The notes: a model not told the origin generated them from the letters alone. Shown: positions 19,515 through 30,686, counted from the stretch's first letter. The stretch: DNA of 64,000 bases from an uncultured Prevotella sp. (GCA_945949515.1 CAMFEU010000003.1:2398-66397); one strand, 5' to 3'. A program made the numbers and translations.

Positions 19515-22334
19515 ATGCACAAAGATGCCTCCCCATACCGACTGCTGAGATTGGTGACATTTGTACTTCTTGCTTTGTTGCCTTTCCACGCAGAGACAAA
19601 CGCACGCAACTATACGGAAGAACATCCCCTACGCTATGTAGATAGTTGGGACTTGTGGCCCTTTTCCTATCTTGACGATAATGGCAACCCCACGGGCTTC
19701 AACATTGACCTTATCAAGGCTCTAATGCAACGGCTGGACATCCCCTATGAGATTCAGCTAAAACACTCTTCCAATGCTTATGAAGATCTGCAGAAAGGCG
19801 AGTCTGACTTGATTATGGGTATGCACGCACCCTTCCATGATACCTATGGAAAATATGGTCACAACGTTGTTGTGCTGTTCACCCACAGCATTGTTTCTTC
19901 CAAAAGAAACCCCACAAAGATAAGCAAATTCAGCGAACTGAACAGTGCATCCATCATGGTGCACGAGAACTCCTTCTCGCACCACATGATGCAAGACTCT
20001 GGCATTGCCCATAGGGTAACTCCCTACGATGATATGAAGGAGGCGGTGCTGATGGTCAACTCCAACGACACTATGCAGGTGCTGTGGAACACCATGTCGC
20101 TGAAGTGGCTGGTAAACAACTACAAGCTCGAAGATGTGGTCATCACCCCTGTGGCAATGCCCCACGGAGAATACCGCTTCATGTCAAACGACTCGTTGCT
20201 TTTGGCACGACTCGACAGCGCATACACTGAGATGGTAATCAACGAGGAGATACAGCCATTGCGCAACAAGTGGTTCTATCCCGAATATAGAGACACGGGC
20301 ATCCCCTCCTATGTATGGACCATCCTTTGGGTTATCGTGATAGTGATTGCCATCACCTTGGTGACCAGCGTGATGTACCGGCGCAAGGAGAAGCAGGTGA
20401 CCCATGCACTGAACAACCAGAACAGACAACTGCAACTGTACCTAAACTCTGGCAAGGTGGAACTATGGACCTACGAAGTGGCTACCAGGAAAATACAACG
20501 CATCACCACCAGTGAGAATAGCCATACCAACAGCGTATTTGGACTGCCCGTGAACTTCACATTGGAAGACTTCAACCGCATTACTTCCGCCATCAACAGC
20601 ATCAAGCAGGGTGACAGAAAAAACGCAAGTTTAGTGGTTAAAGGATATACTGACAAGCAAAACACCAATCTGCACTACTACAACCTAAGCCTATCGGTGC
20701 TGCAACAAACGCAGGGAGTGCCCTCGCTGATACTTGGCACACAGGTGGATGTGACCAAGCAATACCTCCTTGAACAAGCCAACAAGGAGCGCCTGCTGCA
20801 ATACTACACGCTGTTTGACTCTGCCATGATGGATATGGCATACTTGGACAAAGACGGATATCTTGTGAACCTGAACGACCAAGCATGCAAAACGCTGGGC
20901 ATCAAAGACAAATCGGGACTGAAGAAGGCTCGCCTACATGTCAGTGGAATCATACCGCTACAGGGCATCACGCCCAATAGTAAAGAGATTCAGTGGACCT
21001 CATCGTTCAACAATCTGGATGAGGAGCGTGGCAACGGTAAAGTTAAGTTCATAGGACGTAGCGGAACACTCTACTACGAGTCTATCTCACTGCCTATCTT
21101 GGACAAGGATGGTAATCTGGATTGCACCTACATCGTGGGGCGCGACATCACCAGTCTGGTAGAGAATATTCACGAAGAGCAAGAACGTTCAAGACACATC
21201 CACGAAGCCACCCGACGCATCCAAAACTACATCGACAACATCAACTATGTGCTGGAGGAGAGTGATATCAACATTGCCAACTACTATCTCGACTCCAAGA
21301 ACCTGAAGATAACGCGCAACCTGCACATGCCCAAACTGATACTTCCGCAGTTGAAGTGTCTCAGAATGACAGACATGAAAGACTGGCGCAGGCTTATCAA
21401 CGCCTTTGAACGCATGGACCGCCAGCAGGCGGGCAGTATAAGTCTGCTACTGAAAACCATCTTCGACGACGAGGAAGGACGCCCCCTGCACATGAGTTTC
21501 GATGCGGTGCCCGTATATAGCGAGAAAGGAAAGATAGACCACTACTTTGGTCTGTGCCGCAACGTGAGCGAACTGGTGGAAACGGAGCGACTGTTAGAGA
21601 TTGAAACAAAAAAGGCACAGGAGGCAGAAACGCTGAAGAACGCCTTCCTGCGCAACATGAGCCACGAGATACGCACCCCACTCAATGCCGTCATTGGTTT
21701 TGCAGAACTCTTCGACACCGACCACGACCCTGAAGATGAAGCCATCTTTGTGGAGGAAATCAAGAAGAATACCGATATCCTGCTGAAACTGGTCAACGAT
21801 ATTTTGCTGCTCTCACGCCTGGATGCCAACATGATTGAGTTCAAGAACCAGCCCACCGACATGATCAATACCATCGAGGCTCATTGTAACATAGGCTGGA
21901 GCAAGTACCTGAACAACGACACCCAAGTGCAGTTTGACCACACCTACGATAAACTGGTGGTGAATACCGACCGCGAGAATCTGGCACGCATCATAGAGCA
22001 TATTGCCGGCAACGCAGCCCACTACACCAAGCGAGGCTACATCCGTGTGAAATACAGTTACCACGGCGGCAACCTGATTGTCTCTATCGAAGACACAGGA
22101 GTAGGTATGAGCAAAGAGCAACTGAAGCACTTGTTCGACCGCTTCTCTGATGCAAATGCAGAAAACAGGCAGAGCACCGGACTGGGTATGCACATCTGCA
22201 AGGAAATGATTACCCAAATGGGAGGTACCATTGATGTAGATTCTGAACCAGGCAGAGGCACCACAGTGTGGATTAACCTGCCTTGCGAACTGATTGAACT
22301 GAAAAAGAGTAACATAAGCAACAGCGAAGTATGA
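19515..22334 (+). CDS. sensor histidine kinase with periplasmic family-3 solute-binding-like domain, PAS-like repeats, HisKA and HATPase (no receiver)
   Basis: signal/TM, then WDLWPFSYLDDNGNPTGFNIDLIKAL (SBP_bac_3-like), TM at about aa 265-290, H-box MSHEIRTPLNAVIGF, G-box STGLGMHICKE. Confidence 0.85.
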   Translation: MHKDASPYRLLRLVTFVLLALLPFHAETNARNYTEEHPLRYVDSWDLWPFSYLDDNGNPTGFNIDLIKALMQRLDIPYEIQLKHSSNAYEDLQKGESDLIMGMHAPFHDTYGKYGHNVVVLFTHSIVSSKRNPTKISKFSELNSASIMVHENSFSHHMMQDSGIAHRVTPYDDMKEAVLMVNSNDTMQVLWNTMSLKWLVNNYKLEDVVITPVAMPHGEYRFMSNDSLLLARLDSAYTEMVINEEIQPLRNKWFYPEYRDTGIPSYVWTILWVIVIVIAITLVTSVMYRRKEKQVTHALNNQNRQLQLYLNSGKVELWTYEVATRKIQRITTSENSHTNSVFGLPVNFTLEDFNRITSAINSIKQGDRKNASLVVKGYTDKQNTNLHYYNLSLSVLQQTQGVPSLILGTQVDVTKQYLLEQANKERLLQYYTLFDSAMMDMAYLDKDGYLVNLNDQACKTLGIKDKSGLKKARLHVSGIIPLQGITPNSKEIQWTSSFNNLDEERGNGKVKFIGRSGTLYYESISLPILDKDGNLDCTYIVGRDITSLVENIHEEQERSRHIHEATRRIQNYIDNINYVLEESDINIANYYLDSKNLKITRNLHMPKLILPQLKCLRMTDMKDWRRLINAFERMDRQQAGSISLLLKTIFDDEEGRPLHMSFDAVPVYSEKGKIDHYFGLCRNVSELVETERLLEIETKKAQEAETLKNAFLRNMSHEIRTPLNAVIGFAELFDTDHDPEDEAIFVEEIKKNTDILLKLVNDILLLSRLDANMIEFKNQPTDMINTIEAHCNIGWSKYLNNDTQVQFDHTYDKLVVNTDRENLARIIEHIAGNAAHYTKRGYIRVKYSYHGGNLIVSIEDTGVGMSKEQLKHLFDRFSDANAENRQSTGLGMHICKEMITQMGGTIDVDSEPGRGTTVWINLPCELIELKKSNISNSEV

Positions 22335-25117
22335 AAATCCATTCCACATATTCCCCAAAAAACTTCACTCACATGCTGCTCCTTGCATGTATCTTCTTTT
22401 GGTGCATCCCTACATGCAGCAGGGCAGCCATCCGCGCACAGCAGATGGACAAATACACATCTGCCAACCCTCTCGTGGTGGTGATGGACTGGGAATGTCG
22501 CCCCTATGAATACCGTGACGATGATGGAAATCCCAGCGGATATGATGTGGATGTGGTGACCGAAGTGCTTGACAATCTGGACATCCCCTTCATCATAGTG
22601 ATGAAAGACTGGCAGAGTGCTCTGAAGATGTTTGGACAGAAAAAGGCAGATGTAATCATCTCGAAGAACAAGCTACCCTTCAACGATGTCTATTACGGAC
22701 AAACCATCCTTGCCAACTATCAAGAGGGAGTGGTGTATCGTGCAGACGAAGAGGTGCCCTTTGACTATGTGATGATGGGCAAAAACCACAAGGTGGGTTT
22801 CAAGAATGCAGACTATGTGAAAAACATGGAGGAATATCTGGACGCACATTTTAAGCATCCAGTGATTACCTCACCACAACATGGACTGTACCTGCTCAAA
22901 AACGGCGAGATAGATTACTATATCTGCGGTGCCAATACGATGAAATGGATCATCAGTGAACTGAAGATGACCAACGTGGAGATAAGCACCACAGGCATGC
23001 CTTCAAAACCACTCAAATTCACCACCCACAGCAAGGAACTATGCGACCTGCTTGACGACCAATATGCACGTCTGGATCAGGCTGGCAAGATCAAAAAGAT
23101 TTCCAACAAATGGTTCCATCCCGAAATCTATGAGCGCGACGCATCGCCCGTAGTTATCTATTTAGTGGCAGGTGCATTGGTGATATTACTCATTCACCTG
23201 GTGCTCAACCGACTGATAGGTCTGCGCATCAAAAAGCGTACAGAGACTATCAGAGACCAGAACAAACTGCTGGCAAAAGCCTTGGAACTTTCTAACAACT
23301 ATGTGGTGAGGCACAACTTTGCCACACACACCATACATAACATCTATGGCAACCTGATGCCCCCAGAAGGCATGAGGCACGATGAATATCTGAGCAAGGT
23401 TCATCCCGATGACCGAGGTTCCATGCTGCAATACTCCGCAGACATGAAAAGCGGAAAGATAGACAACAAGGAAAACTACTACAGGTATAACATGGGCACA
23501 CCAGAAGAGCCTGAATGGCACTCCCTGAAGGTGCAAAGTATCTGCGAGACAAACGCACACGGTCAGCTCACCGCCAGCATCTCTACCATCATAGACATCA
23601 CAGAAGAGCAGCAGGTAATAGAAGAGAACAAGATACTCACAGACAAATATGTGAACATCTTTGAACAGTCTATCGTGGGCCTCGCACTCTATGACAATAC
23701 AGGAAAACTGATATCGGTGAACGCTACCATGCGACGCATCTTCCATTTTGAGAACGATGAAGACCAGTTCTACTTCGACATCAACCTGTACGACCTGCAC
23801 TTCCTCAAGAACGATGTGAAGCGCGACGAACCTGTCAACATGCACTTCTGCACCCAGATACACATCCCCGAACGCAAGATGTTTGACTATCTGGAAATCA
23901 AGATGCGACCCATCAAAGACGAGACAGGACAACTGAAGTTTGTGATGCTTACCGCACGAAACATCACCGAAGACTACAAACTGTACAAAGAGAGTAAGGT
24001 AAACGAGAGACGACTGGCTTCTGTAAACAAGAAGGTGAAGCAGTATGAGGCAAACATGCGCTACCTGATGGAGGTGAACAACATGAGGGTGTGGCGCTCG
24101 TCACTATTAACCAAAGAGGTGGCTTACTTCAAGGACCTTTATCACTACGAATACAAGTTTACCTTTGAGGAGTTTATGAACAAACTGGTGGATGAGGTAA
24201 GTGGTGAAAAACTGCAGGAAATGATGAACCCGACCAATGAGACTAAGGCGCTGTATAAGTCGCTCATCTCTGCCAAAAATCTTTTTGTAAACGACAACAA
24301 AGTGCATTGGTACAATGTGAACAGCATTCCAGAATACGATGCCGAAGGCACTGTGATAGGCTTCTTTGGACTGATTCGTGATGTGACCACACTGATGGAG
24401 AAACAAACGGAACTGCGCAATGAGACCTATAGGGCGAACGAATCGGGCAAACAGAAGAGTGCCTTCCTCGCCAACATGACCCACGAGATACGCACTCCAC
24501 TCAATGCCATCGTGGGCTTCTGCGACTTGCTGCAAGCCATTGATGCTCCCGAAGAACGCAAGGAGTTTACGCGCATCATACGCAATAACTGCGACATGCT
24601 GCTGCAACTCATCAACGACATTCTCGACATCTCTACCATGGACAGCAACAATCAGGTGCTGCAACCTCACGACGTAGATTTCTCCATCGCCTTTAATGAT
24701 ATATGCACCACTCTTGCCACCCGCGTGGTTACCCCCGGAGTGCAATACGTGTGCGACAACCCTTATCCCACCTACCCCACTGTGATGGACAGCGGACGCA
24801 TACAGCAGGTTATCACCAACTTTGTGACCAATGCCGTGAAATACACCCAGCAGGGGCATATCAAGGTGGGCTATCGCGAAGAGGGCAACGGACTGTACAT
24901 CTACTGCGAAGACACAGGTACAGGTATTCCCAAAGACAAGTGCGAGAAGGTGTTTGACCGCTTTGTAAAGCTTAACGACTTTGTTCAGGGCACGGGCCTG
25001 GGTCTGAGCATCTGCAAAGCCATCATAGACCAGTGTCATGGAAAAATCGGAGTAAACTCTGAAGAGGGCAAGGGCTCTACTTTCTGGATTTGGATACCCT
25101 GCCCCAGAAAAGAATAA
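22331..25117 (+). CDS. paralogous sensor histidine kinase with periplasmic solute-binding-like domain (no receiver)
   Basis: same architecture as the preceding gene: CRPYEYRDDDGNPSGYDVDVV, H-box MTHEIRTPLNAIVGF, GTGLGLSICKA; ATGA overlap with the preceding gene. Confidence 0.85.
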   Translation: MKIHSTYSPKNFTHMLLLACIFFWCIPTCSRAAIRAQQMDKYTSANPLVVVMDWECRPYEYRDDDGNPSGYDVDVVTEVLDNLDIPFIIVMKDWQSALKMFGQKKADVIISKNKLPFNDVYYGQTILANYQEGVVYRADEEVPFDYVMMGKNHKVGFKNADYVKNMEEYLDAHFKHPVITSPQHGLYLLKNGEIDYYICGANTMKWIISELKMTNVEISTTGMPSKPLKFTTHSKELCDLLDDQYARLDQAGKIKKISNKWFHPEIYERDASPVVIYLVAGALVILLIHLVLNRLIGLRIKKRTETIRDQNKLLAKALELSNNYVVRHNFATHTIHNIYGNLMPPEGMRHDEYLSKVHPDDRGSMLQYSADMKSGKIDNKENYYRYNMGTPEEPEWHSLKVQSICETNAHGQLTASISTIIDITEEQQVIEENKILTDKYVNIFEQSIVGLALYDNTGKLISVNATMRRIFHFENDEDQFYFDINLYDLHFLKNDVKRDEPVNMHFCTQIHIPERKMFDYLEIKMRPIKDETGQLKFVMLTARNITEDYKLYKESKVNERRLASVNKKVKQYEANMRYLMEVNNMRVWRSSLLTKEVAYFKDLYHYEYKFTFEEFMNKLVDEVSGEKLQEMMNPTNETKALYKSLISAKNLFVNDNKVHWYNVNSIPEYDAEGTVIGFFGLIRDVTTLMEKQTELRNETYRANESGKQKSAFLANMTHEIRTPLNAIVGFCDLLQAIDAPEERKEFTRIIRNNCDMLLQLINDILDISTMDSNNQVLQPHDVDFSIAFNDICTTLATRVVTPGVQYVCDNPYPTYPTVMDSGRIQQVITNFVTNAVKYTQQGHIKVGYREEGNGLYIYCEDTGTGIPKDKCEKVFDRFVKLNDFVQGTGLGLSICKAIIDQCHGKIGVNSEEGKGSTFWIWIPCPRKE

Positions 25118-25134
25118 AAATTCATCTAACTAAC

Positions 25135-26004
25135 ATGCAGAAAAGCCAATACCTCGTAGCAAACGAACATGACCTGAAGTGGGGACTTACCATCAGTACC
25201 GTGGGTTACGAAGAAATAGCCCCAGGCGACCCCTATCCCACACACGGACACGCAGATGGTTACTACTTCAATGTAGAGACTGGACGCGAACTGAACGAAT
25301 ATCAACTATTGTATATTGTGGAGGGCGAGGGAGTGTTTCAGAGTGAGCACTACCATGAGACAAAGGTTCGTGAGGGCGACATGTTTCTGCTCTTTCCGAA
25401 AGAGCGGCATAGTTATCACCCCCTTTCTTCCTGCGGATGGAAGAAACACTGGATAGGCTTTAAGGGCAGGAATATCGATGACCGTGTGGCAGCTGGATTC
25501 CTGAGTATCAACAAGCCCATCTACCACATCGGCTATTCTGCAGAGATGGTACATCTGTACAAAACAGCCTATGAAACAGCCCTTCAAGAAGCAGCCTACG
25601 TGCAACAGATGCTGGCAGGCATCGTGAACCACATGCTGGGCATCATGTATGCCATGGAACGTAATCTGCAACTCAACAAGAAGTACTCGCACATGGATAT
25701 GATTAACCGTGCCCGTCTGCGCATCAGAGAGGCGGTGGAGAGCAACCTCACCATCCAGCAGATAGCCGAAGAGTCGGGCATGAGCTATTCCAACTTCCGC
25801 AAGCTATTCAAGGTATATACGGGAATGTCGCCTGCGTTGTACCAGCAAGATCTGAAACTGCAACGTGCCAAGGAACTGCTCACAGCAACAGATATGAGCA
25901 TCAAGGAGATAGCCTACCGACTTAACTTTGACTCGCCCGACTACTTCTCTGCCAAGTTCAAGATAAAGACGGGCAGAAAGCCCAGCGAGATGCGACAACA
26001 ATGA
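25135..26004 (+). CDS. AraC-family transcriptional regulator (cupin-like N-domain + HTH), possible rhamnose regulator
   Basis: C-terminal HTH IQQIAEESGMSYSNFRKLFKVYTGMSP...IKEIAYRLNFDSPDYFSAKFK. ATG at 25135 preferred over the TTG at 25090. The RhaR idea rests only on proximity to rhaBAT. Confidence 0.85.
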   Translation: MQKSQYLVANEHDLKWGLTISTVGYEEIAPGDPYPTHGHADGYYFNVETGRELNEYQLLYIVEGEGVFQSEHYHETKVREGDMFLLFPKERHSYHPLSSCGWKKHWIGFKGRNIDDRVAAGFLSINKPIYHIGYSAEMVHLYKTAYETALQEAAYVQQMLAGIVNHMLGIMYAMERNLQLNKKYSHMDMINRARLRIREAVESNLTIQQIAEESGMSYSNFRKLFKVYTGMSPALYQQDLKLQRAKELLTATDMSIKEIAYRLNFDSPDYFSAKFKIKTGRKPSEMRQQ

Positions 26005-26025
26005 GAAACGCAACACCAAGAAACG

Positions 26026-26071
26026 CATAAAGAAACAGCGCCCACCCAATGGTCGGCGCAGTTTCTTTATG
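26026..26071. terminator. bidirectional hairpin between AraC and nhaD
   Basis: cataaagaaacagcgcc / ggcgcagtttctttatg, 17-bp stem with one mismatch. Confidence 0.7.
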
Positions 26072-26092
26072 TATAGAATGTTCTCCTTTGTA

Positions 26093-27436
26093 TCAGAAGA
26101 GGAAAGCTTTCTCTAACCAATACACGGCAATACCCGCCAGATAGCCCACCAGCACAATCCATGAGATGCGGCGCAGATACCAGCCAAAGGTAATCTTCTC
26201 CAGACCCATCACCACCACTCCGGCAGCAGAACCGATGATAAGCATCGAACCACCCACACCGGCACAGTAGGCAAGGAGCTGCCAGAAGACGCCATCCACA
26301 GCCATATCGCCAGCGGGAGTGACAGGGTACATACCCATGCAACCAGCCACCAAAGGCACATTGTCCACAATGCTCGACAGGATACCGATGATGCCCGTCA
26401 CCAAATAGTGGTTGCCATTGAAAGCCACGTTCAAGCCTTCGCCCAGCATTTCCAGCACGCCAATGGTTTCCAAACAAGCCACAGCCATCAAAATGCCAAG
26501 GAAGAACAGGATGGTGCCCATGTCTATGCGCGACAACATATTGGTGACACGCTTCTGCATACCGCCCTTGTCGCCAACACGGTGCAGATTGCGATAGAAT
26601 ACCTCTGTCACTGTCCAAAGCACACCCAGCACCAAAAGGATGCCTACAAACGGAGGCAGATGAGTGATGCTCTTGAAGATAGGCACAAAGATGAGACCAC
26701 CCACGCCCAACAGGAACACCACTTTACGCTGTGTGTCGGTAAAGTCACTGCCACTAAGTTGCACAGCACTCTTGTCGGCACCCTGCATCTCGCCCTTGAG
26801 TTGCAGCGACAAAAGCCAGGCAGGTATCACCATCGACACCACCGAGGGGACAATTATTTCTGTAATCACACCAATGGCAGTAATCACACCCTTGTTCCAC
26901 AGCATGATGGTGGTTACATCGCCAATGGGCGAGAAGGCACCACCGCTGTTGGCAGCAATCACCACCAACGAGGCATAGATAAGACGGTCTTTCTTGTCTT
27001 GCACCAGTTTGCGCAATATCATCACCATCACGATACTGGTGGTCAGGTTGTCGAGGATGGCGGAAAGGACAAATGTCATCCACGCTATCTTCCACAGCAG
27101 CGACCTTTTCTTTGTGGTTTGCAGCATGTCGCGCACAAAGTTGAAACCGCCATTTTGATCCACCACCTCCACGATGGTCATTGCACCCATCAGGAAGAAC
27201 AGGGTGGTTGAGGTGCTACCCAAATGCTTTTCCATCACCTCGCTCACCGCCTGTGCCACTTTGTCGGGCATCACTCCAGCAATATAACTGCCGGGGTCGA
27301 GCATAAAGAGGGTCCAGCACCCTACAAACATCAGCAAAGCCACTGCCGCTTTGTTCACTTTGGTGAGGCTTTCGATGGCAATAAAGAAATAGCCAAGCAC
27401 GAAAACCGTCACAATCCAAATTGTCAATGTTGTCAT
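26093..27436 (-). CDS. nhaD: NhaD/ArsB-superfamily Na+/H+ antiporter-like membrane transporter
   Basis: 447 aa, 11-13 predicted TM segments, resembles NhaD-type antiporters. Confidence 0.7.
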   Translation of the reverse strand: MTTLTIWIVTVFVLGYFFIAIESLTKVNKAAVALLMFVGCWTLFMLDPGSYIAGVMPDKVAQAVSEVMEKHLGSTSTTLFFLMGAMTIVEVVDQNGGFNFVRDMLQTTKKRSLLWKIAWMTFVLSAILDNLTTSIVMVMILRKLVQDKKDRLIYASLVVIAANSGGAFSPIGDVTTIMLWNKGVITAIGVITEIIVPSVVSMVIPAWLLSLQLKGEMQGADKSAVQLSGSDFTDTQRKVVFLLGVGGLIFVPIFKSITHLPPFVGILLVLGVLWTVTEVFYRNLHRVGDKGGMQKRVTNMLSRIDMGTILFFLGILMAVACLETIGVLEMLGEGLNVAFNGNHYLVTGIIGILSSIVDNVPLVAGCMGMYPVTPAGDMAVDGVFWQLLAYCAGVGGSMLIIGSAAGVVVMGLEKITFGWYLRRISWIVLVGYLAGIAVYWLEKAFLF

Positions 27437-27784
27437 TTGATTATGTTTTAATTATTTAGTTGTTGTTTGATTTGTTCTGCGTCAACAAGGGTTTTTCTTC
27501 TTTATCAGGGACTTGCTTTCCATCAAGCTGTCACTTACATTCATCTGATTTAAGTAGTTAACAGGTGTGTCGGAGCCTCCACATGGGAAGCATCGGTGCA
27601 AATGTAATAATATTCTTGCAAACCCGACAAAATTATCGGACAATAAAAGTGAATTATCACGTAATCGTTTACCCATGTCCCCTTATAAACAGGGCTACAA
27701 TCGGCGATTTGAGAGCCCTGCCCCACCTCACAAATCTTTTAGAAAAAAATCAAATAATTATGGCACGTTTTTCACGAAAAAGCC

Positions 27785-27792
27785 TATCTTTG
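27785..27792 (+). promoter_or_regulatory. -7 promoter box TAtcTTTG for the rha operon
   Basis: 74 nt upstream of the rhaB ATG. Confidence 0.5.
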
Positions 27793-27865
27793 CACATACA
27801 TATATAATAAACCAACCGAATGTCTCAAGAAACATTCGCAACAGTACTGCTAACAAATCGAAACC

Positions 27866-29341
27866 ATGGAAGACAAAAAGCATTTTTTTGCCGTTGATTT
27901 GGGTGCCACCAGCGGACGCACCATTATCGGCACACTGGTCAACAACCGTATCGAATTGGAAGAGTTGACTCGTTTTGACAACAACCTGATAGAAACGGGC
28001 GGACACTTCTATTGGGACATCTATGCCCTTTATTTTGAAGTAATCAAAGGCCTAAAACTCGTGGCACAGCGCAACATCGCCATCACCTCTATCGGTATTG
28101 ACACTTGGGGTGTGGACTTTGTATGCGTGGGCAAAGACGGGGCACTGCTGCGCAACCCACTGGCATACCGCGACCCGCACACCTTTGGCATGATGGAAGA
28201 CTATTTTGAGAAGGCTGTGGACAAGAAGACGGTGTATGACATCACCGGTATTCAGTTTATGAACTTCAACTCACTGTTCCAGTTGTATGCCATGCGCAAG
28301 AACAACGATACAGCACTGGAGCACGCTGAAAAGATACTCTTTGTGCCCGATGCGTTGAGCTATATGCTTACGGGCAAGATGGTATGCGAGTACACCATCG
28401 CCTCCACCAGCCAGATACTGGACCCCAAAACCAAACAACTTGATACCAAACTGTTACAGAGTGTAGGTCTCTCTGCTGGCAACTTTGGCCCCATGGTAAA
28501 CCCTGCCACAGAGATAGGCACCATCACCGAGGAGGTGCAACGCATGACAGGATTGGGAGCTGTGCCCGTGATTGCCGTGGCTGGTCACGACACGGGTAGT
28601 GCAGTGGCTGCTGTGCCTGCCAAGAACGAGAAATTTGCTTATCTGAGCAGCGGCACATGGAGCTTGATGGGTATAGAAACATGCGACGCCATCATCAACG
28701 AGGTGAGCTACGACCGCAACTTTACCAACGAAGGAGGTATAGAGGGAACCACCCGCTTCCTAAAGAATATCTGTGGCATGTGGCTCTACGAGCGCTGCAG
28801 AAAAGAATGGACCGATGCCCCCAAGTCTCATGCCGAACTGCAGGCAGAGGCTATGAAGCAACCTGCCTTCCAAAGCATCATCAACCCTGATGATGCCATG
28901 TTTGCCAATCCTTCGTCTATGGTAGAAGCCATTCAGACCTACTGCCGCAACACCAACCAGCACGTGCCCGAGGGCTATGCCGAAATATGCCGTTGCATCT
29001 TTGACTCTCTGGCACTGCGCTATCGTCAGGTGTTTGGCTATCTGAAAGAGATGGCTTCCTTCCCCATTGAGGTGCTCCACATCATCGGTGGCGGCAGTTT
29101 GAACAACTATCTCAACCAGTTTACCGCCAACAGCTTGGGCGTAGAGGTACTGGCTGGTCCGCAAGAGGGAACAGCATTAGGCAACATCATGCTGCAGGCT
29201 AAGGCAAGCGGACAAGTGAAAGACATTTGGGACATGCGCCGCATCATTGCCAACAGTCTTGAACTGAAGCACTTTGCCCCACAAGACAAGGAGGTATGGG
29301 ATGCTGCCTACGAGAAGTTCGTTGCCATCTGCGGCGAATAA
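27866..29341 (+). CDS. rhaB: rhamnulokinase (FGGY family)
   Basis: FFAVDLGATSGR, 491 aa, immediately upstream of the rhamnose isomerase. Confidence 0.85.
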   Translation: MEDKKHFFAVDLGATSGRTIIGTLVNNRIELEELTRFDNNLIETGGHFYWDIYALYFEVIKGLKLVAQRNIAITSIGIDTWGVDFVCVGKDGALLRNPLAYRDPHTFGMMEDYFEKAVDKKTVYDITGIQFMNFNSLFQLYAMRKNNDTALEHAEKILFVPDALSYMLTGKMVCEYTIASTSQILDPKTKQLDTKLLQSVGLSAGNFGPMVNPATEIGTITEEVQRMTGLGAVPVIAVAGHDTGSAVAAVPAKNEKFAYLSSGTWSLMGIETCDAIINEVSYDRNFTNEGGIEGTTRFLKNICGMWLYERCRKEWTDAPKSHAELQAEAMKQPAFQSIINPDDAMFANPSSMVEAIQTYCRNTNQHVPEGYAEICRCIFDSLALRYRQVFGYLKEMASFPIEVLHIIGGGSLNNYLNQFTANSLGVEVLAGPQEGTALGNIMLQAKASGQVKDIWDMRRIIANSLELKHFAPQDKEVWDAAYEKFVAICGE

Positions 29342-29414
29342 GAGCAAGACAACAACTATCAAGACAAAGAAAATACATCAAATATTCACTAACTAAAAAA
29401 CTAACTGAAACATC

Positions 29415-30671
29415 ATGAAAGAAGAACTTGTAAAAAAAGCCTATGAAGTGGCAAAAGAGCGTTACGCTGAAATTGGAGTAGATACCGAAGCTGTGCTGAA
29501 ACAACTGCAAGACTTCCACCTGTCTATGCACTGCTGGCAGGCCGACGACGTAAAGGGATTTGAAGTACAGGCAGGAGCCATGTCAGGAGGTATTCAATCT
29601 ACTGGCGACTTCCCTGGTGCTGCTCGCAATATCGATGAACTGCGCCAAGACATTCTGAAGGCAAAGAGCCTGATTCCTGGCAACCATCGTCTGAACCTGC
29701 ACGAGATTTACGGTGACTTCAAAGGTAAGGTGGTTGACCGCGACGAGGTGACCGTGGAATACTTCCAGTCATGGATAGACTGGGCTAAGGAGAACGACAC
29801 CAAACTCGACTTCAACTCTTCCAGCTTCTCTCACCCAAAATCGGGCAGCCTCAGTCTTGCCAATCCCGATGAGAGCATCCGCAAGTTCTGGGTAGAGCAC
29901 ACCAAGCGTTGCCGCGACATTGCCAATGCCATGGGTGAAGCACAGAACGATCCCTGTATTATGAACCTCTGGGTACACGACGGATGCAAAGACGTGTCTG
30001 TGAACCATGCTTTGTATCGCAACACACTGAAGAAATCTCTTGATGAGATTTTTGAGAAGAACCAGCCCATGATGAAAGACTGTATCGAGGGTAAGGTGTT
30101 CGGTATCGGTCTGGAGTCATTTACCGTTGGTTCACACGATTTCTACACCGCCTATGCAGCACAGAACAACAAGATACTGACCATCGACACCGGTCACTAT
30201 CACCCCACAGAGTCGCCTGCCGACAAAGTGTCTGCCGTGCTGCCCTTCATCAAGGAACTGATGCTGCACGTGTCTCGCCCCGTGCGTTGGGACTCTGACC
30301 ACGTGACCATCATGGACGACCCCACACAGGAACTGTTCTTCGAGATTGTACGTGCCAATGCTTTGGACCGTGTGCACTATGGTTTGGACTTCTTCGACGG
30401 TTCTATCAACCGCATCGGTGCCTATGTCATTGGTTCACGCTCTGCCCAGAAGTGCATGCTTCGTGCGCTGCTTGAACCCAAAGAAACAATCTCTAAACTG
30501 GAACTTGCCGGCGAAGGCTACAAGGTACTCGCCATTGTGGAAGAACAGAAGGCAATGCCTTGGCAGGCTGTCTATGACGAGTTCTGCGTGCGCAACAACG
30601 TGCCCGTAGGTCAGGAGTTCATTGCTGACATCGACAAGTACGTTGCTGATGTTGTTTCCAAGAGAGCATAA
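29415..30671 (+). CDS. rhaA: L-rhamnose isomerase
   Basis: 418 aa, HLSMHCWQADDV.GFE N-terminal signature of RhaA. Confidence 0.9.
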   Translation: MKEELVKKAYEVAKERYAEIGVDTEAVLKQLQDFHLSMHCWQADDVKGFEVQAGAMSGGIQSTGDFPGAARNIDELRQDILKAKSLIPGNHRLNLHEIYGDFKGKVVDRDEVTVEYFQSWIDWAKENDTKLDFNSSSFSHPKSGSLSLANPDESIRKFWVEHTKRCRDIANAMGEAQNDPCIMNLWVHDGCKDVSVNHALYRNTLKKSLDEIFEKNQPMMKDCIEGKVFGIGLESFTVGSHDFYTAYAAQNNKILTIDTGHYHPTESPADKVSAVLPFIKELMLHVSRPVRWDSDHVTIMDDPTQELFFEIVRANALDRVHYGLDFFDGSINRIGAYVIGSRSAQKCMLRALLEPKETISKLELAGEGYKVLAIVEEQKAMPWQAVYDEFCVRNNVPVGQEFIADIDKYVADVVSKRA

Positions 30672-30686
30672 GACTGCTGACACACA

